22,786 nt of DNA from IMG/VR virus record IMGVR_UViG_2547132415_000008, positions 1 through 22,786 of that record; one strand, written 5' to 3'. Shown here one piece after another: positions 1-7,644 of the stretch. Positions within the stretch are counted from its first letter, which is position 1. Every line of letters begins with the position of its first letter. The notes under the pieces were generated by a model. It did no database searches. It saw only the letters and a list, made by a program, of their open reading frames with translations, and was not told the DNA's origin. A program made the translations under genes and the position numbers. Source of the DNA: a virus (lineage: Duplodnaviria > Heunggongvirae > Uroviricota > Caudoviricetes).

Positions 1-344
1 CGGGAAGAGTTATGACAAGGCCAATGTGTAATGATGATGATGGAATGTTGATTTCTCAGGTCGTCGATTCCGTCATGTACATTGACAAGAAAGCCTTTGG
101 CATCCTCCTCAGCTACTACGCCCACGGCTCTTCCAAGCACGCCATTGCATCTTACTATCATCGCGTCGCAAGACCTCGCAAGATGTTATGCCGGGGCGGC
201 GGGCGCATTCAAAAACCATCGCTCGCAACCTGTCGACGGGAAGTTGACGAAATCCTCAATGCCTCGTTGTTTATGATTTACCCGGTTCTGGATAGTGCGT
301 TTAAAAACCGGAAACGTGTAGAGAAAATTAAACATGTAGCATAG
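1..344 (+). CDS. Late-gene antiterminator Q-like protein, 5'-partial (reading frame is open to the window edge)
   Basis: ORF 12..344 remains open in frame back to position 3, so the gene starts upstream of the window. It lies immediately upstream of a TTGACA promoter, tRNAs and the lysis cassette, the classic lambdoid Q position. Motifs CNDDDGMLI and LLSYYAHG resemble, from memory, phage 82/21-type Q proteins; not verified by search. Confidence 0.5.
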   Translation, partial: GRVMTRPMCNDDDGMLISQVVDSVMYIDKKAFGILLSYYAHGSSKHAIASYYHRVARPRKMLCRGGGRIQKPSLATCRREVDEILNASLFMIYPVLDSAFKNRKRVEKIKHVA

Positions 345-350
345 AACGTG

Positions 351-385
351 TTGACATCATTGAGCAAATGAGCAACACTATTCGC
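351..385 (+). promoter_or_regulatory. Candidate late promoter (pR'-like): perfect -35 TTGACA at 351..356, weak -10 candidates around 374..381
   Basis: TTGACA read directly 7 nt after the Q-like stop. The -10 element is poor (AACACT/CACTAT), as expected for a Q-modified late promoter but not decisive. Confidence 0.35.
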
Positions 386-389
386 ATAA

Positions 390-434
390 GCTGCCGTTAG
401 TGACTCTTAAGTTGCAACGGTGGCTTTTTTTATT
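390..434 (+). terminator. Hairpin plus T-tract, candidate tR'-like terminator for a short leader transcript
   Basis: GCTGCCGTT (390..398) pairs with AACGGTGGC (416..424), 9 bp with two G-T wobbles, followed by TTTTTTTATTT (425..435). The loop is large (17 nt), so stability is uncertain. Confidence 0.4.
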
Positions 435-435
435 T

Positions 436-510
436 GGGTCAGTCGTATAAAGGTCATTACGGAAGGCTGTTAACCTTCTTATCGTGGTTCGAGTCCACGC
501 TGTCCCGCCA
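436..510 (+). tRNA. tRNA-Asn (anticodon GTT)-like, 75 nt
   Basis: Hand-folded cloverleaf: acceptor GGGTCAG/CTGTCCC with one T-T mismatch; D-loop with GG; perfect anticodon stem GAAGG/CCTTC; loop CTGTTAA (U33, anticodon GTT, A37); T-arm CGTGG-TTCGAGT-CCACG; discriminator G; CCA. The acceptor mismatch and 3-bp D-stem leave open that it is degenerate. Confidence 0.55.
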
Positions 511-515
511 AATAT

Positions 516-591
516 GCTGGTTTAGCTCCAATGGTAGAGCGGTCGCCTTGTAAGCGAATGGGTAGCGGTTCAAGTCCGTTAACCAGCACCA
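516..591 (+). tRNA. tRNA-Thr (anticodon TGT)-like, 76 nt
   Basis: Hand-folded cloverleaf: perfect acceptor GCTGGTT/AACCAGC; D-arm GCTC/GAGC with GG in loop; anticodon stem with one G-A mismatch; loop CTTGTAA (anticodon TGT); T-arm AGCGG-TTCAAGT-CCGTT; discriminator A; CCA. Confidence 0.6.
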
Positions 592-709
592 TAACTGAGC
601 CGTAGCCACTGGATGTCCTGAATTCATCAGTGATAGTTATGCTGCGGTCTTCTTTTTCTCCCTTCCCAATATAAGAACTACGCAATCCGTTACTGGCGGA
701 GGCGTTGCT

Positions 710-925
710 ATGAAATCAATGGACAAAATCTCAACTGGCATTGCCTACGGAACATCCGCTGGTAGTGCGGGATACTGGTTTTTGCAGTGGTTGGATCAGG
801 TCAGTCCATCACAGTGGGCTGCGATTGGGGTGCTTGGAAGCCTTGTGTTGGGCTTTCTCACCTATCTGACAAATCTGTACTTCAAAATCAGAGAAGACAG
901 AAGAAAGGCTGCGAGAGGTGAATAA
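710..925 (+). CDS. S: Class II holin (pinholin, phage-21 S-type) with dual-start motif
   Basis: 71 aa beginning MKSMDK: Met1-Lys2 and Met4 give antiholin/holin dual starts. Two hydrophobic segments, the first Gly/Ala-rich (SAR-like). GGAGG 7 nt upstream. Stop overlaps the next start (TAATG). The sequence matches my recollection of phage 21 S. Confidence 0.9.
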   Translation: MKSMDKISTGIAYGTSAGSAGYWFLQWLDQVSPSQWAAIGVLGSLVLGFLTYLTNLYFKIREDRRKAARGE

Positions 926-1422
926 TGCCTCCATCATTACGAAAAGCCGTTGCTGCGGCTATTGGTGGCGGAGCAATTGCTATAGCATCAGTGTTAATCA
1001 CTGGCCCAAGTGGTAACGATGGTCTGGAAGGTGTCAGCTACATACCATACAAAGATATCGTTGGTGTATGGACTGTATGTCACGGGCATACCGGAAAAGA
1101 CATCATGCTCGGTAAAACGTATACCGAAGCAGAATGCAAAGCCCTCCTGAATAAAGACCTTGCCACTGTCGCCAGACAAATTAACCCGTACATCAAAGTC
1201 GATATACCGGAAACAACGCGCGGCGCTCTTTACTCGTTCGTTTACAACGTGGGTGCTGGCAATTTCAGAACATCGACGCTTCTTCGCAAAATAAACCAGG
1301 GCGATATCAAAGGCGCATGTGATCAGCTGCGTCGCTGGACATACGCTGGCGGTAAGCAATGGAAAGGCCTGATGACTCGTCGTGAGATTGAGCGTGAAGT
1401 CTGTTTATGGGGGAAGCAATGA
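925..1422 (+). CDS. R: SAR endolysin (signal-arrest-release lysozyme, T4-lysozyme/GH24-like fold)
   Basis: 165 aa; N-terminal Gly/Ala-rich weakly hydrophobic segment [20 protein letters not shown] typical of a SAR domain, followed by a lysozyme-like domain. Immediately follows the pinholin with coupled start. Confidence 0.9.
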   Translation: MPPSLRKAVAAAIGGGAIAIASVLITGPSGNDGLEGVSYIPYKDIVGVWTVCHGHTGKDIMLGKTYTEAECKALLNKDLATVARQINPYIKVDIPETTRGALYSFVYNVGAGNFRTSTLLRKINQGDIKGACDQLRRWTYAGGKQWKGLMTRREIEREVCLWGKQ

Positions 1423-1811
1423 AGATCCACTACAAGATAATTATCTTCGCGTTCGCATTGAGCGTACTGGGCGTCATCGTTTGGTCAGCAAGCCATTATC
1501 ACGATAAGTATCAGGCGGAACGGCTACGCGCAGATGCTGCCGAGCAGAACGCCAACGCCGCCGAAGCGATCACCGCCAACGTCATTCGGTCTGTGAACAT
1601 CATCAACGCCATTGCAGAGGCCAACCAGGATGCAAAGAACCAGATCACACTGGAGTCACAGGGAGCCCAAGCAGATATCAAAGTGGCTGTTGCGGATGAT
1701 GATTGCGCTGTTCGTATCGTTCCTTCTGGCGCAGTTAAGCGGTTGCACGAATACGCGAACGGTATACGTGTCGGTGCCGGTCGTTCCGTTACCAGCCAGT
1801 CTGACGGATGA
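1419..1811 (+). CDS. Rz: i-spanin (Rz-like), N-terminal transmembrane segment plus Ala/Gln-rich periplasmic helix
   Basis: ATG at 1419 overlaps the endolysin stop (ATGA); an alternative in-frame ATG is at 1407. Start of protein [22 protein letters not shown] is a membrane anchor; position after endolysin. Confidence 0.7.
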   Translation: MKIHYKIIIFAFALSVLGVIVWSASHYHDKYQAERLRADAAEQNANAAEAITANVIRSVNIINAIAEANQDAKNQITLESQGAQADIKVAVADDDCAVRIVPSGAVKRLHEYANGIRVGAGRSVTSQSDG

Positions 1812-1974
1812 AACACCCCGGCCAGATTTACCCGACCCGTTTACGTGGGGAGCCAGCCTTAACCTGAATGTTGCGTTGTTGTCAGCGTTAGCACAGTGCA
1901 ACAGGGATAAGGCTGATATCAGGACTTTTGAGAAAAACAGGGCAGCACAAACTAATGGCACGATTAAACGTTGA
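1696..1974 (+). CDS. Rz1: o-spanin (Rz1-like outer-membrane lipoprotein), begins inside Rz in another frame and extends past the Rz stop
   Basis: Tandem ATG at 1696/1699 inside ORF 1612..1974. Signal peptide [17 protein letters not shown] with lipobox LSGC; proline-rich mature region with a Cys. The 3' end is uncertain because the ORF is long for an Rz1. Confidence 0.55.
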   Translation: MMIALFVSFLLAQLSGCTNTRTVYVSVPVVPLPASLTDETPRPDLPDPFTWGASLNLNVALLSALAQCNRDKADIRTFEKNRAAQTNGTIKR

Positions 1975-2224
1975 AGTTATCCCACCAGACAGCGAAACGA
2001 TGAACGGGATTTTTGCAGAGATTGAACGTAAATATGCGCATCAGCCGTTGCGCCAAAAGTTATCGATGAAATGCAACGCGAAGCGGCGCGCCTTGTACGG
2101 CGAGCGACAAACACGAAGGTTACGTTCGTTCGGGACTGACATTACAGAAGCTCCTTTGATAAGGGGCTTCGATAATGTCACTAAGAGGAAAAATTCATGG
2201 CAAAACCGGACTGGGAGGCCATAG
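1955..2224 (+). CDS. Hypothetical small protein between lysis and packaging modules (weak call)
   Basis: ORF 1928..2224 in the track starts at TTG; in-frame ATGs at 1955 and 2000. No good ribosome-binding site; overlaps the Rz1 end and the terS start. May be non-coding. Confidence 0.2.
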   Translation: MARLNVEVIPPDSETMNGIFAEIERKYAHQPLRQKLSMKCNAKRRALYGERQTRRLRSFGTDITEAPLIRGFDNVTKRKNSWQNRTGRP

Positions 2225-2946
2225 AATCGGCATACCGGGCCGGAGTCCTTAGCCTCCGTGATATAGGCGAGAAATACGGCGTAACAGAAGGGGCTATCAG
2301 GAAGAGGGCTAAAAAGCTTGGTTGGGTACGCAGTGGCGGTACGCAGGTTTGCAAAAATGGTACGCAAAAAAGAAAAGTGCGTACCAGCAGAAAGCCTGCC
2401 ATTACTGGCCTTACACAAAAAGGTACGCAACCAAAAACAGAAGCTACACCGGATACGAAACCGATACGCGGAATGCGTACCGATCCCCCGACTAACCCAT
2501 TCCAACCCGGTAACCAGCAGGCATTAAAACACGGTGGTTATGCCCGTCGCCTTCTGCTCAAAGATGAGGTGATAGAGGACGCTAAAGCGTTGACGCTCGA
2601 GGACGAATTATTTCGCCTTCGTGCTAACAACCTTGTCGCTGCAGAGAATATTGGTCGGTGGCTGGTGTCGCTGGAAGATGCTAATGGGGACCAGGAAAGG
2701 AAGATGCTGATGGAAAATATCAGCGCCGCCGAGAAAGCAATGATGCGCAATACAGTTCGTATTGAGTCCATCGTTGGCACGCTTGCGACGGTAGGAAAAA
2801 TATTTGCTGATACAGCCTACCGCAAGGCCGCCACTGATAAGGTGTCTCTGGAGGCTGATCGTCTTCGCCGTGATGCAGGTATTGATGATGGCAATGGAGA
2901 GCGTGACCTCAATGACTTCTACTCTGACATCCAAACCGACGCTTAA
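2197..2946 (+). CDS. Terminase small subunit (N-terminal helix-turn-helix DNA-binding domain)
   Basis: Strong RBS AGAGGA 7 nt upstream of ATG 2197, with an in-frame stop just before it. N-terminal LSLRDIGEKYGVTEGAIRKRAKKLGW is HTH-like. Located directly upstream of the large terminase. Confidence 0.8.
   Translation: MAKPDWEAIESAYRAGVLSLRDIGEKYGVTEGAIRKRAKKLGWVRSGGTQVCKNGTQKRKVRTSRKPAITGLTQKGTQPKTEATPDTKPIRGMRTDPPTNPFQPGNQQALKHGGYARRLLLKDEVIEDAKALTLEDELFRLRANNLVAAENIGRWLVSLEDANGDQERKMLMENISAAEKAMMRNTVRIESIVGTLATVGKIFADTAYRKAATDKVSLEADRLRRDAGIDDGNGERDLNDFYSDIQTDA
2325..2481. repeat. Cluster of six copies of the 8-bp motif GGTACGCA / TGCGTACC inside the small terminase gene; candidate pac or terminase recognition site
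   Basis: Read directly: GGTACGCA at 2325, 2338, 2359 and 2422; reverse complement TGCGTACC at 2378 and 2474. Encodes a repeated GTQ-containing basic linker. Confidence 0.5.
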
Positions 2947-4315
2947 TCCGGCTTTACGTAGTTTCTGGACTACGCGGGCACGTAACAAAGTGCTTTATGG
3001 TGGCCGGTCATCGTCAAAATCATGGGATGCCGCTGGCATTGCCATATTTCTGTCGAATAAATACACTCTGCGTTTTTGTTGTGCCCGTCAGATCCAGAAC
3101 AAAATCGAAGAGTCGGTGTATACCCTGCTCAAAATTCAGATAGACAGGTTTGGCCTGCGGCACCGTTTCCGTATTCTGAACAACAAAATCATTAACCGGG
3201 TTACTGGCTCGGAATTTGTTTTTTATGGATTATGGCGCAACATCGAAGAAATTAAGTCACTGGAGGGGATCGATGTGTTGTGGCTGGAAGAAGCCCACGC
3301 ACTGACGGAATACCAGTGGAAAATTCTGGAGCCAACGATCCGTAAAGAGGGGTCGGAATGCTGGTTCATATTCAACCCCGGACTTGTTACTGATTTCGTC
3401 TGGCGCAACTTCGTTGTTGATCCGCCCGAAGGCACTCTCATCCGCAAAATTAACTATGACGAAAATCCGTTTCTGTCTGACACCATGCTTAAGGTTATCG
3501 ACGCGGCGCGACGCCGTGATCCGGATGGTTTTAAACATGTGTATGAGGGCGTTCCGGAGTCTGATGATGATGCGGCAATCATCAAACTGTCCTGGATAGA
3601 AGCCGCAGTGGATGCGCACAAAACGTTAAATTTCGAACCCAGTGGAAGAAAGCGTATTGGCTTTGACGTGGCTGACAGTGGTACAGATAAGTGCGCTAAC
3701 GTTTACCGTCACGGATCCGTTGTTTTCTGGGCCGACGAATGGAAGGCCAAAGAAGATGAATTACTGAAGAGCTGCCAGCGTACTTATCAGGCGGCGCTGG
3801 AGCGTGAAGCAGATATTGTTTACGACTCTATCGGTGTTGGTGCGTCTGCCGGTGCTAAATTCTCTGAAATTAACGCTGACCGGAAGAGCGAGAATGCATA
3901 CGCGAGACGAGTGAATTACCAGAGGTTTAACGCCGGTGCTGGTGTGCATGAGCCAGATGACGAATACAACGGCATCCCCAACAAAGACTTTTTCGCAAAT
4001 CTTAAGGCTCAGGCATGGTGGCTGGTGGCTGACCGTTTCAGAAATACGTTTAACGCCATTAACAACGGAGAACAGTATCCTGTGGATGAGCTGATCAGCA
4101 TAGATTCTAGTTGTCCGTTGCTTGAAAAGCTGAAACTGGAACTGACAACACCTCATCGCGATTTTGACCGTAACGGACGTGTGATGGTCGAAAGTAAAAA
4201 AGACCTCGCAAAACGCGAGATACCGTCACCAAACGTTGCTGACGCATTCATTATGGCCTTCGCGCCAATTGATACATCGCTGGATATCTGGGAACAGCTG
4301 GGGAGACAGGCCTGA
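2894..4315 (+). CDS. Terminase large subunit (ATPase plus nuclease)
   Basis: Walker A-like YGGRSSSKSWD near the N-terminus; acidic nuclease-type motifs downstream; size about 470 aa. Start uncertain (ATG 2894 or 2912; the track ORF begins at 2804), overlapping the terS 3' end. Stop overlaps the portal start (TGATG). Confidence 0.85.
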   Translation: MESVTSMTSTLTSKPTLNPALRSFWTTRARNKVLYGGRSSSKSWDAAGIAIFLSNKYTLRFCCARQIQNKIEESVYTLLKIQIDRFGLRHRFRILNNKIINRVTGSEFVFYGLWRNIEEIKSLEGIDVLWLEEAHALTEYQWKILEPTIRKEGSECWFIFNPGLVTDFVWRNFVVDPPEGTLIRKINYDENPFLSDTMLKVIDAARRRDPDGFKHVYEGVPESDDDAAIIKLSWIEAAVDAHKTLNFEPSGRKRIGFDVADSGTDKCANVYRHGSVVFWADEWKAKEDELLKSCQRTYQAALEREADIVYDSIGVGASAGAKFSEINADRKSENAYARRVNYQRFNAGAGVHEPDDEYNGIPNKDFFANLKAQAWWLVADRFRNTFNAINNGEQYPVDELISIDSSCPLLEKLKLELTTPHRDFDRNGRVMVESKKDLAKREIPSPNVADAFIMAFAPIDTSLDIWEQLGRQA

Positions 4316-5781
4316 TGGCACGAAACAAACAAGCCCTGCGGCGAACTGCGCAGGCCACAGCTGATGGTTATGAGAATTTTATTGCCCGCGTAGGGATGCA
4401 GACACCTAACCAGCACTCAGCATCCACCTACCGGGCTAATTTCACCAGTCGTAACCGCATGCTGGTGGAATGGTCCTATCGTTCGTCCTGGATCATCGGC
4501 GAAGCGGTCGATGCTATCCCGGATGATATGACCCGCAAAGGCATTCGCATCACTTCGGAAATTGATGCAAAAGATCGCGGCATTCTCGAATCACAACTGG
4601 ATGAGTTGCAAATCTGGGATGCGCTGAATGACGTGCTGAAATGGTCGCGCCTCTACGGCGGCGCGGTGGGTTTCATCATGATTGAGGGGCAGGCACCAAT
4701 GACCCCGCTGCGACCCGAAACCATCGGTAAGGGCAAGTTTAAGGGGATTCTCCCGCTCGACCGCTGGATGATTGACCCGGTACTGACCCGCCGCATTAAA
4801 GATATGGGGCCGGACCTGGGTAAACCTGAGTTTTACGATGTGGTGACCACAGCAACGGGAATTCCTGCCTGGCGCATTCATCACAGTCGCCTGATTCGCT
4901 TTGATGGCGTCACGCTGCCATTTCAGCAGAAGATGACCGAGAACGAATGGGGAATGTCGGTTGTAGAGCGTATCTGGGATCGTCTTACCGCGTTCGACAG
5001 CGCTACTGTCGGCGCGGCGCAGCTGGTCTACAAGGCGCATCTGCGCACCTACAGCGTGGAGAAGCTACGCGAGCTTATCGCACTTGGTGGTCCTGCGTAT
5101 GAAGCGTTGCTGAAGAATATCGACCTGATTCGACAGTTCCAGAGCAATGAAGGTATGACGCTCATGGACTCGCGGGATAAGTTTGAAACGCATCAGTACA
5201 GCTTCAGTGGTCTGGATGACATCCTTTCGCAGTTTGCAGAACAGATTAGTGGCGCTGTTGGTATCCCACTGGTGCGGTTGTTCGGACAGTCCCCGAAAGG
5301 ATTTTCTACCGGCGATGCAGACCTTGCCAACTATTACGACCGGGTAAGCTCGTTACAGGAGAGGCGTTTACGTCTTCCGGTGCGGCGGATACTGGACATC
5401 ATGCATCGTTCGGAGCTTGGCAAGCCGCTGCCGGACGATTTCACGTTTGAGTTTAACCCGCTCTGGCAAATGTCTGATGTCGATCGCTCAACGGTGGCGT
5501 TAAACACTACCAACGCAATCAGTACGGCGCTGGGTGATGGTCTGATGACACTGAAAGCCGCTATGACTGATTTGCGCGAAAATTCTGACGTAACCGGCAT
5601 CGGGGCATCCATTACCGACGAGGACATCGAGAATGCCGAAGATGAAGCGCCGCCCGGCATCGGCGAATCTGATGACGAACCGCAGGAACCGTCAGGCGGA
5701 AATCCGCTATCGAACCAGCCTACGCAGGATAGCGCGGGCGGTCGGAGACATCGTAAATGGTCGCTACGATGGTTCAAATGA
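4315..5781 (+). CDS. Portal protein
   Basis: 488 aa immediately after terL with coupled start and GGGGAGACAGG upstream. Acidic C-terminal tail (DEDIENAEDEAPPGIGESDDEPQEP) typical of portals. Position and size. Confidence 0.8.
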   Translation: MARNKQALRRTAQATADGYENFIARVGMQTPNQHSASTYRANFTSRNRMLVEWSYRSSWIIGEAVDAIPDDMTRKGIRITSEIDAKDRGILESQLDELQIWDALNDVLKWSRLYGGAVGFIMIEGQAPMTPLRPETIGKGKFKGILPLDRWMIDPVLTRRIKDMGPDLGKPEFYDVVTTATGIPAWRIHHSRLIRFDGVTLPFQQKMTENEWGMSVVERIWDRLTAFDSATVGAAQLVYKAHLRTYSVEKLRELIALGGPAYEALLKNIDLIRQFQSNEGMTLMDSRDKFETHQYSFSGLDDILSQFAEQISGAVGIPLVRLFGQSPKGFSTGDADLANYYDRVSSLQERRLRLPVRRILDIMHRSELGKPLPDDFTFEFNPLWQMSDVDRSTVALNTTNAISTALGDGLMTLKAAMTDLRENSDVTGIGASITDEDIENAEDEAPPGIGESDDEPQEPSGGNPLSNQPTQDSAGGRRHRKWSLRWFK

Positions 5782-6406
5782 CAGTATCACGGAAATTATT
5801 GAGGCGCTGGAACGCTACAGTGAAATCATCACCCCCTGGGCGACAAAGGTCGCGGAAAACTTTACTGCGGACCTAACCCGGCAGAACGAGAAAGTTTGGC
5901 GGCAACACAGCAAGAACATCAGTCGCGAGCTCCGCAATCTTGTGGAAAGCGCTCCTGTGGGCCAGGTGATGCAATCCATCATCGCCGAACAGGTCAAGTA
6001 CATCAAATCGCTCCCCCTCGAGGCGGCTGACAGGGTGTACGACATCCAGAATCGGGCGACAGAAGCTGTTGTGACCGGTGGGAGAGCAGAATATTTTGCT
6101 AAAGAAATAGCCGCATCGGGTGATATAGCAAAGTCCAGAGCTGACCTGATTGCCCGTACTGAACTTGGACGTGCAACCGGCGCGCTGGATCAGGCGCGTG
6201 CGCTGTCAATTGGTTCGAATGGTTATATCTGGCGTACAGCCGAAGATGGTGACGTCAGGCATTCTCATCGGGAAATGGAAGGTAAATTTGTCGAATGGGG
6301 CAAACCTCCAACGCTTGACGGCATGACCGGTCACGCTGGCGAGCTCCCGAATTGTCGCTGTTATAAAGAAATCGTTTTTCCCACCTCCCAATCTTATCCC
6401 GCCTGA
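5633..6406 (+). CDS. Head morphogenesis protein (SPP1 gp7 / Mu F-like)
   Basis: 257 aa following the portal; basic N-terminus, and the conserved-looking C-terminus SNGYIWRTAEDGDVRHSHREMEGK resembles minor head protein family signatures from memory. The start overlaps the portal by about 149 nt; a later start at 5642 or 5672 is possible. Confidence 0.65.
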   Translation: MPKMKRRPASANLMTNRRNRQAEIRYRTSLRRIARAVGDIVNGRYDGSNDSITEIIEALERYSEIITPWATKVAENFTADLTRQNEKVWRQHSKNISRELRNLVESAPVGQVMQSIIAEQVKYIKSLPLEAADRVYDIQNRATEAVVTGGRAEYFAKEIAASGDIAKSRADLIARTELGRATGALDQARALSIGSNGYIWRTAEDGDVRHSHREMEGKFVEWGKPPTLDGMTGHAGELPNCRCYKEIVFPTSQSYPA

Positions 6407-6420
6407 ATCGCAGGTAACAC

Positions 6421-7641
6421 ATGAAATATTTTTTCAATACCCGGCTGGGGGAAACCCGCTATCAGCTGGCTGACGGCTCGTTGCTGTGCAGAGACGTGCC
6501 GATAGGACGAACAGGTAAGCAGCTCTATGGTGCTGATGACCTGCCAAAACTGAAACCCGATAAGTTCGGTGAAATAGTCGTCACGCGTTCTCCTGAGCAG
6601 GTATTCCATCCGGCCACGCTTGCCTCATTCGAAGGGATGAGCATCACGATTCTGCATCCTGAAGATGAAAACGGGAATGTGCGGCTGGTAAATCCCGAGA
6701 ACTGGAAAGAGCTTGCTGTCGGGCACCTCCAGAATGTTCGGCGCGGGACGGGTGAGCTGTCTGATTTGATGCTGGCTGACCTTATCGTCAAAGACGAAAA
6801 CGCCATTCAGCTTATCGAAGATGGCCTGCGCGAAGTGTCGTGCGGCTATGACGCGGAGTACGAGCAGACCGAGCCAGGTAAAGCTGAGCAGGTCGATATT
6901 ACCGGAAACCATGTGGCTCTTGTCCCTAAAGGCAGAGCCGGAAATCGTTGTGCAATTGGAGACAGAGACACAATGGCAAATCAAAAGAAAAGCTGGTGGA
7001 ACCGCATGCGTGCGGCCATCAAGACAGGAGATGCCGACACCATGAACGAACTGGTGGAGTCGGCTCCCGCATCGGTTACAGGAGATGAGGGGGATTTGCC
7101 GCAGGGCGTTAATCTCAATATCAACCTGTCCCCGCAGCAACCACTACCGGACAAAGCACCAGAGATGGGGGGAGGTCCAACCGGCGACAGTGATGATGAC
7201 CTCAAAACATTACTGAAAGCCCTGCTGGCTAAGCTGGAAGGAAATGCCACGGGCGATAACGACAATAAGTCTGACGATAATCCGACCGGTGACGGCGAGG
7301 ACGATGAAGAGGAAACCACGATTACTGGTGACTCAGCCTGGCGTGCCGAAGTTATCGTTCCGGGTATCGATCTGAGCCGTAAGATGAAACCGACCGCGTT
7401 CAAACGCGAGGTTCTGGCTTCTGCTGACAAAACACTGGTTCGCCAGATAGTCGGTGATGCGGATATCCGCAAATTACCGAAACAATCGGTCGACATGGCG
7501 TTTAATGCCGTATCTGAGATTGCCAAAGGGCGAAACACCCGCGCCACCACCGGCGATGCACAGCGCCCAAACATGGGCATGACCAGCATCGCTTCCCTGA
7601 ACAAACAAAACGCTGAATTCTGGGCAAACCGTAAAGGGTAA
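6421..7641 (+). CDS. Putative scaffolding / prohead-processing protein with acidic low-complexity central tract
   Basis: 406 aa between morphogenesis and capsid genes; central D/E/G-rich tract; coiled-coil-like C-terminal part. Function by position only. Confidence 0.45.
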   Translation: MKYFFNTRLGETRYQLADGSLLCRDVPIGRTGKQLYGADDLPKLKPDKFGEIVVTRSPEQVFHPATLASFEGMSITILHPEDENGNVRLVNPENWKELAVGHLQNVRRGTGELSDLMLADLIVKDENAIQLIEDGLREVSCGYDAEYEQTEPGKAEQVDITGNHVALVPKGRAGNRCAIGDRDTMANQKKSWWNRMRAAIKTGDADTMNELVESAPASVTGDEGDLPQGVNLNINLSPQQPLPDKAPEMGGGPTGDSDDDLKTLLKALLAKLEGNATGDNDNKSDDNPTGDGEDDEEETTITGDSAWRAEVIVPGIDLSRKMKPTAFKREVLASADKTLVRQIVGDADIRKLPKQSVDMAFNAVSEIAKGRNTRATTGDAQRPNMGMTSIASLNKQNAEFWANRKG

Positions 7642-7644
7642 AAA

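Noticed and set aside
479-685. Minus-strand ORF of 68 aa
   Set aside because: It lies directly over the two tRNA-like genes and the intergenic region; no ribosome-binding site; the tRNA folds explain the sequence better.
1612-1695. Upstream part of track ORF 1612..1974 as the o-spanin start
   Set aside because: The lipoprotein signal peptide and lipobox begin at the tandem Met at 1696/1699; the upstream 28 codons are basic and unlike a signal peptide.
1975-2196. Lambda-type cos site upstream of the small terminase gene
   Set aside because: No GGGCGGCGACCT-like sequence is present by eye; the Walker-A-type large terminase and the terS repeats fit headful packaging better. Not definitive without a search.
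2325-2481. Possible CRISPR array
   Set aside because: The repeats are only 8 bp, irregularly spaced, in both orientations, and lie within an intact coding sequence.
2804-2893. N-terminal 30 codons of track ORF 2804..4315 as part of the large terminase
   Set aside because: This stretch overlaps the end of the small terminase gene and encodes a hydrophobic, atypical leader. The internal ATGs at 2894 or 2912, just before the Walker-A motif, are more plausible starts.
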